Source: Candidatus Latescibacterota bacterium
Lineage (GTDB): Bacteria > Latescibacterota > UBA2968 > UBA8231
Assembly (NCBI GenBank): GCA_965215195.1
Contig: CBDCDC010000002.1
Location: 704,001 to 768,000 of the forward strand
Length of the DNA: 64,000 nucleotides
Direction: 5' to 3'
Part shown: positions 18,319-32,734 of the stretch, piece by piece
How the letters are laid out: each line of letters begins with the position of its first letter
Position numbering within the stretch: the stretch's first letter is position 1
Translations under genes and position numbers: made by a program
The notes under the pieces: generated by a model
What the model saw: the letters and a program-made list of their open reading frames with translations, nothing else
Database searches by the model: none
Told to the model about the DNA's origin: nothing

Positions 18319-18965
18319 ACCCCCTCGGACCGGCTGACAAAATAGTCGCAATGCGGCATGAGTGCGCACTCGTCGCACCGGGGCTTGCGCGCCTTGCACA
18401 CATAGCGGCCGTGCAAGACCACGCGCTGTCCAAAAGCCGTCCACTCCTCGGCCGGCAGCAGCTGCGCCAAGGCCATTTCGACCTTGACCGGATCCGTTTC
18501 TGCGGTCAACCCCACCCGCCGACTCACCCGCCCCACGTGCGTATCTACGACGATGCCGGGCACGCCATACACATTGCCGAGGATGACATTGGCACTCTTG
18601 CGGCCAATGCCAGGCAAGCGGGTCAAGGCGTCCATTTGTCCGGGGACTTGGCCGTCGTGCTCGGCGATGAGCATCGCCATGGCTGCGCGGATGTTTTTGG
18701 CCTTTTGCCGGTAGAAGCCGGTCGAGCGGATATCCCCCTCTAGCTCCTCGGCCTCCACCTGTACGTAGTCGGCTGCACACTGATATTTTTTGAATAGTAC
18801 TGCGGTGACTTCGTTGACCTTGACATCCGTGCTCTGCGCCGCCAGCACGGTCGCCACCATCAACTCCAAGGCATTGCTGTAATTGAGTTCCACTCTCGGC
18901 TCGGGAATGGTCTTCTTTAATTTTCTACAGACGATCTGTGCCCGCTCGACTTGGCGCTCCCTCAC
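18315..18965 (-). CDS. nth: Endonuclease III
   Basis: LAAQSTD, LPGIGRKSANV, VDTHV, CKARKPRCDECALMPHC. Confidence 0.96.
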   Translation of the reverse strand: MRERQVERAQIVCRKLKKTIPEPRVELNYSNALELMVATVLAAQSTDVKVNEVTAVLFKKYQCAADYVQVEAEELEGDIRSTGFYRQKAKNIRAAMAMLIAEHDGQVPGQMDALTRLPGIGRKSANVILGNVYGVPGIVVDTHVGRVSRRVGLTAETDPVKVEMALAQLLPAEEWTAFGQRVVLHGRYVCKARKPRCDECALMPHCDYFVSRSEGV

Positions 18966-18979
18966 TTCGACTTCCTTCT

Positions 18980-20176
18980 TCAGCGCCGAGACGGCTGGGA
19001 TACCTCAACGCCGGTGCCGGCTCCGCGTACGCGCCGGCCCCACAGGTGGACGCGGCCCTTCCAGCGAAAAATCCCTAGGCATCCCAAGCTGCCGACCAAA
19101 ACTACGTGCAAGGGCTGCAACAAGGCCCAAAGAGGAAAATAGCGGCGCAACTCGCGCCGGCCCGATAGCACCATCCCGCCGTTAAATACACCCCACTCGC
19201 CCCACACTTTCACCCCCACCGCGCCCAAGGCCCACAGGGGATCCAGTGAGCCGATCCAGCACAGCAAGGGTGCCATGAGTATCGCCCAGCTCAAAGCGTA
19301 TGCAAGCAGCATATAGCCGAAAAAGAGCGGATCTAAGCGGGCGAGGGTCGGGGCATTGGAGGCCCAGCGGCTGCGCTGGCCGAATAACCCGCCCCAAGAC
19401 CCGGCCACTGGGTGCCGCACAAAGGTCGTTGGCTGGTTGGCAAAGACAATGGACCACCGGCCTGAGCGGCGCATGGTCTGCATGAGCAGCACATCGTCTC
19501 CAGAAGCCCGGTGCATGACTTTTTCATAGCCGCCAACGTCGAAAAACGCCTCCCGCAAAAAGGCCAAATTCTGCCCGGAAGCCGCCATGGGATGGCCCCA
19601 CCCGGCACTGCCCCATATACAAGCCATCAAGCAGGTGAAGTCAACGGCCTCGTATCCTTGGCGCCATCCCTTGATCTGGGACGGCGAGCCAATTTGCGAA
19701 AAGCCGATGACCATGCCCACCCCGTCGTCAAAGTGCGACACCATGCCGCGGATCCATCCCGGAGCGACCTCGCAGTCGGCATCCGTAGTGAGAATCACCT
19801 CCCCCCGCGCTCTGGTGATCCCCAAGCTGAGCGCGGCCTTCTTGGAACCCGACCCTTGGGTGCGCAGCAAGCGCACGGACGCAGTTTCCCCGCTGAACTC
19901 GCGCACAATGTGGCCCGTGCCGTCGGTGGAGCCGTCGTCAACCACGATGATTTCGTAGCGTTCTGGGGGATAATCCTGCGCCAGCAGGGCGCGCAGGCAG
20001 CAGGCGATGTGCGCGGCTTCGTCGCGGGCGGCGACGACCACCGAGGCCAAGGGGACGAGCTCGGCGTGGACCTTGCCGCGATGGCGGAGCATACCAGCGA
20101 TGAACCAACAAGCCCCGAGCAAGTAGGCCAGCGCACAGAACGCCAAGAGGAGTTCGGGTGCGTACAGCGCGGGCAT
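18980..20176 (-). CDS. Membrane-bound family 2 glycosyltransferase
   Basis: VVVAARDE, VDDGSTD, TDADC, SGDDV, QRSRW. Start at ATG 20176, coupled to the upstream stop. Confidence 0.9.
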   Translation of the reverse strand: MPALYAPELLLAFCALAYLLGACWFIAGMLRHRGKVHAELVPLASVVVAARDEAAHIACCLRALLAQDYPPERYEIIVVDDGSTDGTGHIVREFSGETASVRLLRTQGSGSKKAALSLGITRARGEVILTTDADCEVAPGWIRGMVSHFDDGVGMVIGFSQIGSPSQIKGWRQGYEAVDFTCLMACIWGSAGWGHPMAASGQNLAFLREAFFDVGGYEKVMHRASGDDVLLMQTMRRSGRWSIVFANQPTTFVRHPVAGSWGGLFGQRSRWASNAPTLARLDPLFFGYMLLAYALSWAILMAPLLCWIGSLDPLWALGAVGVKVWGEWGVFNGGMVLSGRRELRRYFPLWALLQPLHVVLVGSLGCLGIFRWKGRVHLWGRRVRGAGTGVEVSQPSRR

Positions 20177-21243
20177 TAGCCCTTGATTTCCTTGATCAGC
20201 GAGAACATGCCTCGATAGCCTTCGGAACAGTTGCGGCACATGTCAAAGCTGTTGCGGTCGGCGAGGACCTGACCGCGAAAGTCCATATAGGCCCGGCTGC
20301 GCCAAATCTCGTCAAAAGAACGGCCGTCAAAGGCCTGCCCCATGGCAAAGTCGACGTCCTTGTCAAAACAGCAGGGCGCGACCGCTCCGTCCCAATTGAC
20401 CATCGAGCTGTACCACAGCACTTTGCAACCCCGCGCCGGCTGCCCCTTGACCACCAACTCGTCCTCTGCGCGCTCGTAGCGGCTGTACTGTTCGTCCTCA
20501 GGCAAGAATTCCTCGGCGTCCGCCTCTGTGTAAATTTGGGCAGTTTTGACCAAAAATTTATCGACGTGCAAGTCCTTGGCCAGCGCTTCGGCCGTGGCCA
20601 GATCGCGCTCGTTGTGCTTCATGACGATGAACTGCAAGTTGATCAGGGGCGTCTGCGATCCCAGTGCCTCTTTGGCCGCGACCAGCAGGCGGACCCCGGA
20701 GAAGACGCGCTCGATCTGACCGCCGACCCGGTACCGTTCGTACGTGGCTTGGTCAACCCCATCCAACGAGACGATCATCTCGTCCAGCCCAGACTCGACA
20801 ATGGCCTGCGCTTGCTCCGGGCTGCGGACGAAGTGGCCGTTGGTGCTGGTGAAGGTGAAGATGCCGCGGTCGCTGGCGTAGCGCACCATCTGGTTGAAGC
20901 ACTTGTTGATATACGGCTCGCCCTGGTTCCACATCATCATCATAAAGACCTCGTCGCCGAGCTCGTCAACCAGCTTTTTGAAGTCCTCCAAGCCCATCGT
21001 GCCCCGGGGGCGGCGCATCTGGCCGTTGCCCGAGGGGCACAAGGGGCACTTGAGGTTGCAGAAATTGGTCGGCTCGACCATGAGCATAAAAGGACGCCCC
21101 CACACGATGGGCCGGCGGGTCATCCACGACAGCCCCATGGAGGCCAAAACAGCGAAAAAATTGACCAGCCGCTTCCAAGAAAATGCACGGGCGTAGCGCC
21201 GAACATAGCGCGGCAGTGCTTTGGGCGTGATTAGATAGGCCAA
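20176..21243 (-). CDS. Radical SAM / SPASM-twitch domain protein
   Basis: CNLKCPLC, QGEP, STNG, SLDG; C-terminal CKVLW...PCCFD...CRNC. Confidence 0.92.
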   Translation of the reverse strand: MAYLITPKALPRYVRRYARAFSWKRLVNFFAVLASMGLSWMTRRPIVWGRPFMLMVEPTNFCNLKCPLCPSGNGQMRRPRGTMGLEDFKKLVDELGDEVFMMMMWNQGEPYINKCFNQMVRYASDRGIFTFTSTNGHFVRSPEQAQAIVESGLDEMIVSLDGVDQATYERYRVGGQIERVFSGVRLLVAAKEALGSQTPLINLQFIVMKHNERDLATAEALAKDLHVDKFLVKTAQIYTEADAEEFLPEDEQYSRYERAEDELVVKGQPARGCKVLWYSSMVNWDGAVAPCCFDKDVDFAMGQAFDGRSFDEIWRSRAYMDFRGQVLADRNSFDMCRNCSEGYRGMFSLIKEIKG

Positions 21244-21256
21244 ATCAGCTCCTTTA

Positions 21257-22369
21257 TCAAGTTTTCCAGCGAAACCATCCCCAACGGCCGAGGATCGTAA
21301 AAATCAGCGCGTATGGAATATATAAAACTTCTGCTAGCGGCAAATAGCGCAGGAGCGCACGCTCCTCGGGCGCGGCCATCCGCACGAGCAGCAAAAAGTC
21401 AACGGCCCAGCGCATAAGCCACACACCCGCGACCCAGCCATCCCAGCTTTGGGTCCACAGCATCTGCACCAGCCCCCAAGCGAGAAAGCCGTGGAACAAA
21501 TAGACGCCTACGGCCAAATAGAATGCGCGGCCCTTGTAGTGGCCTCCTTTGGCTGCGTGCCGCAGCTTTTGTTGGATCGCGTCCGCGAGCTTAGCTGGCG
21601 GCGGCTGCGAGAGGACGACCGCTCGGCGGTTAAATGCCATAGCCCACCGGCCTTGGGCACCCACTAGGCGCATGAAGTACACATCGTCGCCCCCGATCAG
21701 ATGCCCGATTTGCGCAAAGCCACCCAGCTCGTCGTACACTTGGCGGCGGTAGCCCAAATTGCGGCCCGTACACGACAGCGGGTGCCCCATGCCAAAGCTG
21801 CCCGCCCCCAGCGCCCCGACCCCGATATTGTCCACGGCCAAAATTTTCGCCAGTGCGCCAGAGACCGGATCGGGCCGTGCGTATCCGGCCACTAAGCCGA
21901 CCCCCGGCGCAAAGTGCGCCACCATTGAGCGCACCCAATCTGCGGGCGGGCGGCAATCGGCATCGGTAAAGAGCAAGATCTCCCCGCTGCTCGCTGCAAT
22001 CCCCTCGGCCAACGCGCTTTTCTTTGGGCACTTAAACCGCCCGTCCGGCGCGGCCTGCACCCCCTTGAGCGCCGGCCAAGTCGCCGCCTTTGCGGCTATG
22101 ATTTCCCAAGTTCGGTCGCGCGAGCGGTCGTCCACGGCGATCACTTCAAACGCTCCCTTGTAATCCTGGCGGGCGAGCGCGTCCAAGCAGTGCGACAAGG
22201 TCGCCTCCTCGTCGCGCGCGGCGACGATGGCGCTGACCGAGGGCCGATCGCTGACTAGGGCCGGGCCCGAGTGCCGCCCGCTCAAGCCGCGCCACAGCCA
22301 CAGGACGCTGCCCACGTAGATCGCGCCGCTCAAGAGCAAACCCGCCTTTTGCAGCTCCACAAGCTCCAT
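21257..22369 (-). CDS. Membrane-bound family 2 glycosyltransferase (paralog of 18980-20176)
   Basis: IVAARDE, VDDRSRD, TDADC, GGDDV, QKLRH. Confidence 0.9.
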   Translation of the reverse strand: MELVELQKAGLLLSGAIYVGSVLWLWRGLSGRHSGPALVSDRPSVSAIVAARDEEATLSHCLDALARQDYKGAFEVIAVDDRSRDRTWEIIAAKAATWPALKGVQAAPDGRFKCPKKSALAEGIAASSGEILLFTDADCRPPADWVRSMVAHFAPGVGLVAGYARPDPVSGALAKILAVDNIGVGALGAGSFGMGHPLSCTGRNLGYRRQVYDELGGFAQIGHLIGGDDVYFMRLVGAQGRWAMAFNRRAVVLSQPPPAKLADAIQQKLRHAAKGGHYKGRAFYLAVGVYLFHGFLAWGLVQMLWTQSWDGWVAGVWLMRWAVDFLLLVRMAAPEERALLRYLPLAEVLYIPYALIFTILGRWGWFRWKT

Positions 22370-22378
22370 AAGGCGGCC

Positions 22379-26621
<4,243 letters not shown>

Positions 26622-26629
<8 letters not shown>

Positions 26630-27476
26630 CGCCTACTTCGCCCGTGTATAAATCGGGATTGCCCAACTGGGCGAAACCCTCGTCAAGCCCGCGGCAAAAC
26701 TTTTCCACAGCCAACTCGCCCAGCCCGACGACCTCCTCGTAGGCTTGGTCTGAGGGCAACAGCGGACGGGCCAAAGCCGCGCCATCCTTAAAGTGCGCCC
26801 AACGCTGGAGCCAATCCCCGAGGACCTTGCGCCCTAGGTGGGCAAACGCCAGTGTACACAGGGGATTGGGGCGGCGGCCGGCCACGCGGACGTGCCCTCC
26901 CCACCAGAGAATTTTGGGAATTCGCTGCAGCCACCGGGCGGTGGCCTCCTCCCCTCGTTTCAGCAGGCTCTCGTCGGCATCGCGGCCGTAGAAAGCCTCC
27001 CCCACTTCCCCCAGCAAGCTGCGGCCATCGGCGCGGCGGGGAAAGTGCAAGCGCGCACTCCACAGCCCGCCCATCCCCTCGCTGGCCAGCAAGCGGCAGT
27101 CAACTCCCCATTCCAAGCGCAAATGCCACAAATCAGGCGCGGCCGGCCGGGTGCCCTCGCCGAGCAAGGCGGCCACGCGGGCCTCAACCCAGGGATGCAC
27201 GGCCATATCCGCATAGACGTGAAGTCCCCAACCGGCTGCAAACGCCCGCTCGTTAGGGCTAGCGGCCCCTTGGGTCAGGGCGCGCAAAAAGTCGCCGCAC
27301 CGCTCCAGATGCGCACGATGCGACAAGGCTGCCGGGCCACCGGGGAAAAAACCGATATCCGGCCCTACGGAACCAGCGGCAAAGGCCGCCGGCATCTCTT
27401 CTTCCCCGACGCAGTCACCAAAAACTAGGGGAAAGACCCGCTCGGCCAGCCACAAGTGGAAGAAGCTGCCTGCCAA
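26622..27476 (-). CDS. Zinc-dependent phospholipase C family protein
   Basis: FFHLWLA, GSVGPD, GWGLHVYADMAVHP, HLRLEWGVD metal-ligand pattern. Confidence 0.75.
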
Positions 27477-27479
27477 ACG

Positions 27480-27974
27480 TTAGAACGGCAGGTCGTCGTC
27501 GTCACCACCCGGCGGCGGGGGCGCAACGGGCTGGGCGGGCTGGGCGGGCTGGGCGGGCTGGGCGGCGGGGCCGGTGCTTTGCCCGCCGGCTGGACGGTCG
27601 GGATAGCCAGTATCTCTGCCGCCGCCACCGCCCTCGCCGCGGCTATCGAGCATCTGCATGTCGAAGACTACGACCTCGGTCGTATAGCGCTTCTGGCCGC
27701 TCTGGTCGTCCCAAGATCGCGTCTGCAACTTGCCTTCGACATAGATCCTGCTGCCCTTTTTGAGATACTGCTGGGCAACCTCGGCCTGCCTGCGCCAGAG
27801 CACGAGCCGATGCCACTCGGTGCGCTCTTGGCGCTCGCCCGTATTGCGGTCGTTCCAGCTTTCAGTAGTGGCCAAGTTGACATTGGCTACGGGTACGCCA
27901 TCCGGCGTGTAGCGCACCTCCGGGTCGCTGCCCAAATTGCCGATCAAAATTACTTTGTTTACTCCACGGGCCAT
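27480..27974 (-). CDS. ssb: Single-stranded DNA-binding protein
   Basis: [32 protein letters not shown]-repeat linker, DDDDLPF tail. Confidence 0.98.
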   Translation of the reverse strand: MARGVNKVILIGNLGSDPEVRYTPDGVPVANVNLATTESWNDRNTGERQERTEWHRLVLWRRQAEVAQQYLKKGSRIYVEGKLQTRSWDDQSGQKRYTTEVVVFDMQMLDSRGEGGGGGRDTGYPDRPAGGQSTGPAAQPAQPAQPAQPVAPPPPGGDDDDLPF

Positions 27975-28096
27975 ATATTCGCTCCTTTCTGCGGGTGCGC
28001 CGCCAATGCACACGCACCCATTAATGTTCGCAATTTCGCTTATCTTAGGCGCAAGTTTTGGCCTAGTCAAGGCCAGCCCCCACCCCTCTGGTGGGC

Positions 28097-28125
28097 TTGA
28101 CTTTCTTCGGCGGCTTCGCTATTCT
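28097..28125 (+). promoter_or_regulatory. sigma70-type promoter upstream of ftsA (about 200-nt leader)
   Basis: TTGACT-17 nt-TATTCT. Confidence 0.55.
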
Positions 28126-28328
28126 TCCATATCCTTAACTAATAAGGGCTTGCGGTCAGCCGACTTCCCCCTTTGTCTGGCGTTGTGAGCCCTAGTAATT
28201 TGGGGTTGAGTGCCCCAAATCGTCGCATCGCTGCCGCGACGGTAGCTTTTCTCCTCTCCCAGTACGTCCTCGCTTTGCCCTACTGCGCTGCATTCCGCGG
28301 CTGCGCTTAGAAAGAAGGTACGCCAACC

Positions 28329-29543
28329 ATGGCTGGATCCCCCGTCGTCGTTCTCGATGTTGGTGCCTCAAAAGTTCTATGCCTAGTCGGCGAGGTGCAA
28401 AACAATTCCCAAGTCAAGATCTTGGGCCTAGGGCACAGCCCCTGCACCGGTCTGCGCCGCAGCGCCGTCATCGACATGCCCCAAGTAGCAGAGTCCATCC
28501 GCACAGCCCTCGCCGAAGCCGAGCGCTCGACCGGCCTCAAAATCGCCGGGGCCTATCTCGGCATGGCCGGCGAAGGAATCAGTGCTCGGACGAATTACAG
28601 CACGGTGGGCATCTCCGGCTCCTCCAACCCCATCTCCGAAGAGGACCGGGACCGCGCCCTACTCGCCGTTACGCAGGAACAGGCCGCCGAGGCCCAGACC
28701 GTGATGCATCGCTTCGTCCAAAGCTATGCCGTTGATGGCGAGCCAGTGCAAAATCCGCTCTGGCTGCACGGCAACCGCCTGTCGATCGAGGTGTTGACCG
28801 TTTCCGTGGCCGAACATCTATGCACGGCCTTTGGCCACGCGGCCGCCAAAGCCGGCGTTGAGATTGCCGGCGTCGTCCTCGAAAGCGTCGGCATTGCCCA
28901 CGCCACCTTGTCCCAAGACGAGCGAGACATGGGCGTTGCCCTGCTGGATCTCGGTGCCGGCACCTGCGACCTAGCCGTATTCCAAGGTCCGATGCGGCAC
29001 GTGGAGGAAATTCCGCTGGGGGGCGACGACATAACGCGCGATCTATCGGTCGTCTTAAGCATCCCAATCCGCGAAGCCGAGCAGCTCAAATGCCGCTTCG
29101 GCAGCGTTAGCTGTCCCGGGGAAGACGGCGATGAGACCGTCACGTACCACACGACCGCCGGCCGCGCCTGTACCTTAACCAAGCAGCAGGTCAGCATGAT
29201 CATCGAAGCCCGGCAGCGCGAGATTTTTGAATACGTGCGCCAAGCCCTCGTCAACACCCCGTACAACGAGCGCTTGGCCGCCGGCATCGTACTCACCGGC
29301 GGCGGGGCCTCGCTCAACCAGATCGCGCCGCTCGCCGAGGAGGTGTTCGGCCACCACGTCCGCATTGGCGTCCCCCAAGACGTGATCGCCCCGGTCGCGG
29401 TCAACGATCCCAGCTATACCACCGCGATCGGGCTGTTGCGGTTTGTCGCCGACGGACACAGCACCCCGGCCGAGGTGCCCGACGACGACCGGACCCGCAA
29501 CGGCTTTGCCCACGCGCTGGGCAAACTGTTCAATTTCTTTTAG
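28329..29543 (+). CDS. ftsA: Cell division protein FtsA (outside a dcw cluster)
   Basis: LDVGASKV, LLDLGAGT, LGGDDITRD, AEQLK, GIVLTGGG, amphipathic C-terminus LGKLFNFF. Confidence 0.9.
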   Translation: MAGSPVVVLDVGASKVLCLVGEVQNNSQVKILGLGHSPCTGLRRSAVIDMPQVAESIRTALAEAERSTGLKIAGAYLGMAGEGISARTNYSTVGISGSSNPISEEDRDRALLAVTQEQAAEAQTVMHRFVQSYAVDGEPVQNPLWLHGNRLSIEVLTVSVAEHLCTAFGHAAAKAGVEIAGVVLESVGIAHATLSQDERDMGVALLDLGAGTCDLAVFQGPMRHVEEIPLGGDDITRDLSVVLSIPIREAEQLKCRFGSVSCPGEDGDETVTYHTTAGRACTLTKQQVSMIIEARQREIFEYVRQALVNTPYNERLAAGIVLTGGGASLNQIAPLAEEVFGHHVRIGVPQDVIAPVAVNDPSYTTAIGLLRFVADGHSTPAEVPDDDRTRNGFAHALGKLFNFF

Positions 29544-29568
29544 TGCGCGACGCGGACCGAGGCGGTTC

Positions 29569-29597
29569 TTGACACCGTAGCTAGCCTCGCCTAGTTT
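29569..29597 (+). promoter_or_regulatory. sigma70-type promoter of tRNA-Thr
   Basis: TTGACA-17 nt-TAGTTT. Confidence 0.7.
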
Positions 29598-29612
29598 TTA
29601 CTTCACAGCATG

Positions 29613-29688
29613 GCCGCCATAGCTCAGTTGGTAGAGCAACTCACTCGTAATGAGTAGGTCCCCGGTTCAAGTCCGGGTGGCGGCTCCA
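29613..29688 (+). tRNA. tRNA-Thr (anticodon CGT)
   Basis: GCCGCCA/TGGCGGC acceptor stem, D arm AGCTCAGTTGGTAGAGC, ACTCA-CTCGTAA-TGAGT anticodon arm, GGTTCAAGTCC T arm, encoded CCA. Confidence 0.97.
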
Positions 29689-29694
29689 CAACGC

Positions 29695-29756
29695 AACGAG
29701 GGCTTGCGCCCGAGGCGGCCCCAGTACTGAGGCCGGACAGCTCGCAAGCCCTCGTT
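29695..29756. terminator. Long hairpin after the tRNA
   Basis: AACGAGGGCTTGCG ... CGCAAGCCCTCGTT, a perfect 14-bp stem around an inner hairpin. Confidence 0.6.
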
Positions 29757-29783
29757 TGCATTAGTCTCTTTCCCGCTCAGCCC

Positions 29784-30197
29784 GTGTCCAGTTCCGATCT
29801 CCCCACACTAAACGTCTGCCTCAACACCTTGTGTGTGTTCCTGCTCGTACGTGGCTTCTTGCAGATCCGCCGCGGCGCACGTCAAGCCCACCAAAAGTCC
29901 ATGCTAGCCGCCCTCACCTGCTCCGTGCTCTTCCTGTGTTCGTATTTGGTTTACCACGTTCAGGTAGGCTCAGTGCCTTATCCCCACCACGACTGGACCC
30001 GTCCCCTGTACTTCGCCGTGCTCATACCCCACATCGTCCTCGCCACGCTGATGGTCCCCTTTGTGGCCCTCGTCGTCTGGCGCGCTTACAAGCGGGATTT
30101 CGCCCGCCACCGTCGGTTGGCCCGCTGGGTCTGGCCGGTGTGGATCTTTGTCTCGGTTAGCGGCGTGGTGGTCTATCTGATGCTCTACCGGCTCTGA
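29784..30197 (+). CDS. DUF420 family membrane protein
   Basis: LPTLNVCLN, HQKSML, FLCSYLVYH, YFAVLIPHIVLA, HRRLARW..PVWIFVSVSGVVVY. Confidence 0.9.
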   Translation: MSSSDLPTLNVCLNTLCVFLLVRGFLQIRRGARQAHQKSMLAALTCSVLFLCSYLVYHVQVGSVPYPHHDWTRPLYFAVLIPHIVLATLMVPFVALVVWRAYKRDFARHRRLARWVWPVWIFVSVSGVVVYLMLYRL

Positions 30198-30199
30198 AA

Positions 30200-30964
30200 T
30201 CAGGGGCCGCGATTGCGGGCCACCATCCAAGCGGCCCCAGCGGTCGTCAGCACCGTCCAGCCCCCAGTGATTAGCAGGGCGTGTACAAACGTCCCATCGG
30301 CTATCAGTTGAGTCGGCACCAAGTAGAACGCCTTGCGCAAAACGACCAGCGCGTAGGTCACGGGATTGCACTGCATCACCCACTCGAGCCAAGGCGCGGC
30401 CCCTTCAATGGGAAAGAGTGCACCGGAAAGAAACCACAGGGGGATGAGCACGACGCTCATCACCGCGTGGTAGCCAGCCACTGAATCCAGCTTCCACGCG
30501 ACCATGAAGCCCAGACCCGTGAAGCCCATGCCGATCAGCGCACAGAGGGCCAAGAGGGCCAAGAGCATCTCCGCCGTCAAGCCAATGCCGGCCACCGGTG
30601 CCAGCAACAAAAATACAAGTACCTGCAACAGGGCGATGAGCGTACCGCCGACCAGCTTGCCCACTGCTATACTCAGGCGCGGCACCGGGGCTATTAGTAC
30701 GCCTTGCAAAAAGCCGACGCTGCGGTCTTCGATGAGGGTGATAGTGGAAAAAATCGCCGCGAATAGTAGGAGCATCAGCACGACGCCCGGATAGAAGAAT
30801 TCTCCGTAGCTCAACTCGCTGCCCCCGCTGATAAAACTGTCGGCAAAACCCGAGCGCATGAAAAACCACAGCATCAGCGGCTGCACCAAGCTCCCCAAAA
30901 GCCGAGAGGGCTGGCGCAGAAAGCGCAGCACTTCGCGCTGGGCCAGAATCCAGACGCCGTTCAA
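30200..30964 (-). CDS. ABC-2 type transporter permease
   Basis: REVLRFLRQPSR, EDRSVGFLQGVLIAPV, FLSGALFP, NPVTY. Confidence 0.92.
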   Translation of the reverse strand: MNGVWILAQREVLRFLRQPSRLLGSLVQPLMLWFFMRSGFADSFISGGSELSYGEFFYPGVVLMLLLFAAIFSTITLIEDRSVGFLQGVLIAPVPRLSIAVGKLVGGTLIALLQVLVFLLLAPVAGIGLTAEMLLALLALCALIGMGFTGLGFMVAWKLDSVAGYHAVMSVVLIPLWFLSGALFPIEGAAPWLEWVMQCNPVTYALVVLRKAFYLVPTQLIADGTFVHALLITGGWTVLTTAGAAWMVARNRGP

Positions 30965-31914
30965 GCGGCGTTTCCCTCCTCGAGGTGCTGGCCGGTGTGG
31001 CGCACGAACACATCGTCGAGCGAGGGGGGGGCCAGCGACATTGAGCGGATCTGGGGGCCGAAGCGCTGGAATACCTCGTCGAGGCTGATGTCGCTTTTGA
31101 GCGGGACGCGCAGGTCTTGATCCACGACTAGGCCCTCTAGGCCCATGGCGTGGCCCAGTGCAGCTTGCAACGCGGCTGCATCGTCGCTGCGCAGCGTGAG
31201 GATTTCGCGCCCCAATTGGCGTTGCAAGACCCTTGGGGGGCCGCAGACGAGCAATTGTCCTTGGTGCAAAATGGCGACTCGGTCCGCACGCTCGGCTTCG
31301 TCCAAAAGGTGGGTCGAGACCACGACCGTGAGCGGTTCGTCCGCTCTGAGGACCTCCACTTGGTGCCAGAAATCTTGGCGCGCCACTGGATCCAACCCGG
31401 CCGTCGGCTCGTCAAGCACGAGAATGGCCGGCGTTGGCAGGAGTGCTTTGGCCAATTCGACGCGCCGCTGCATGCCCCCAGACAGCTTCTCCACCCGCTC
31501 GCTGCGTCGCTCCCACAAGCCGACAGCCTCCAGCAACTGTTGGCTGCGCGGGCGCACGGCGCGGCGGCCCATGCCGTAGAGCAGACCCGCCAGCCGCAGG
31601 TTTTCGCCGACCGTCAATTTCCCGTCGAGCGCGGGCGTTTGAAAGACAACTCCCAACTGGCGGCGCACCGCAGACGGATCTTGCCCCAAGAGCACGCCGC
31701 CGACTCGCACTGCACCCGAAGTCGGCACCAGCGCGGTGGTCAGCACGCGCAGGAGCGTGGATTTACCGCTGCCATTAGGCCCCAACAAGGCCATCGTCTC
31801 CCCGGAGCAAATGTCGAGATCGATCGCTTGGAGTGCGCGGCGGCCCTTTTTCTTGCGCGTACCCGCATAGACGTGGGAAAGCTGCGAGATGCTGATGAGC
31901 ACTTGGGGGACCAA
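30961..31914 (-). CDS. ABC transporter ATP-binding protein (DrrA-like)
   Basis: GPNGSGKST, LSGGM, LDEPTAGLD, STH. Confidence 0.95.
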   Translation of the reverse strand: MVPQVLISISQLSHVYAGTRKKKGRRALQAIDLDICSGETMALLGPNGSGKSTLLRVLTTALVPTSGAVRVGGVLLGQDPSAVRRQLGVVFQTPALDGKLTVGENLRLAGLLYGMGRRAVRPRSQQLLEAVGLWERRSERVEKLSGGMQRRVELAKALLPTPAILVLDEPTAGLDPVARQDFWHQVEVLRADEPLTVVVSTHLLDEAERADRVAILHQGQLLVCGPPRVLQRQLGREILTLRSDDAAALQAALGHAMGLEGLVVDQDLRVPLKSDISLDEVFQRFGPQIRSMSLAPPSLDDVFVRHTGQHLEEGNAA

Positions 31915-32007
31915 CTGAAATCTCCTGAAGCCGAAAGGCCGGGCGCGTGAGGTGCTAAAACAAAAAATTGGGAAATTAACCGATTCCCAGCCAGCGTCAA
32001 GAAAGCG

Positions 32008-32121
32008 GGTCGTGGGTCACCACGGGCGGCGGGGAGACGGATCGCGCTGCGCTCTCGACGGGATTGTCGCCCGCCTCAACGCCGACGCCACTAGCGTAAA
32101 AATTCAAAGGGACCCACGACC
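32008..32121. repeat. 114-bp element bounded by 11-bp inverted repeats (MITE-like)
   Basis: GGTCGTGGGTC (32008-32018) / GACCCACGACC (32111-32121). Confidence 0.5.
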
Positions 32122-32175
32122 GTTTGCGCCGCTGTTCGTGCGTATGGGATGCTGTTCCCACTAACTGTCTCGTCT

Positions 32176-32211
32176 AAAAGCCTGCGCCCGTGAAAACGGG
32201 AGGCGCGGGGA
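32176..32211 (+). repeat. REP-like dispersed repeat, copy 1
   Basis: AAAAGCCTGCGCCCGTGAAAACGGGAGGCGCGGGGA; 34/36 identical to 38995-39030 (minus); partial copy at 33547-33569. Confidence 0.8.
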
Positions 32212-32319
32212 TGTTTGGACGGGGTGGGCGGTGCATAGTCCCCGATACAGTCGCACCCCGCCCGGCCCTGTCCGTGCGACCAGCCGGGGTGGCGGGTGTG
32301 TCAACCGGGCGCAGGGGCT

Positions 32320-32520
32320 ACCTGAGTCTGTCGGAGGCGACCCTGTATGTAGTGCAGTATTTCACGGAAAAGGCCCTTGAGCACGGAGGCCGAGAACGCG
32401 CCGTTGAAGATCTGCTTGACGTGTTGGAGATTCGCTTTGGGTTGGCTGCCCGCATTGGGGCCATCAACGATGGCAGTGCCCCTCGAAGCCTTCAGCAGCC
32501 TGTTAGACGCCGACGAGTAG
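32320..32520 (+). pseudogene. Degraded C-terminal fragment resembling Rpn/PD-(D/E)XK putative transposase tails
   Basis: VQYFTEKALEHGGRERAVEDLLDVLEIRFG...RIGAIND, then LEAFSSLLDADE* in another frame; no nuclease domain. Confidence 0.45.
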
Positions 32521-32734
32521 GGACGCTGCGTAACGGCACTTCTTTGAGTTGAGCGGGTAGGCGCTGGGCTGCGATTTGGGGGGATTTGCATTTGTAGAGG
32601 CGGCCTGAACGTTGCCAGACCGCCTCTAGGAGGTGGTTAGGGCCGTGCGTCAATGCGCCACCTTGCGGTGTCCGCAATGCGGCTGGCTCGGAACCCATTG
32701 GTAGCCCACTCGCACCATTGGTTACTAAATCTAG

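Noticed and set aside
27528-27566. 9-bp tandem repeat GGGCTGGGC in ssb
   Set aside because: It encodes the ordinary PAQ low-complexity SSB linker.
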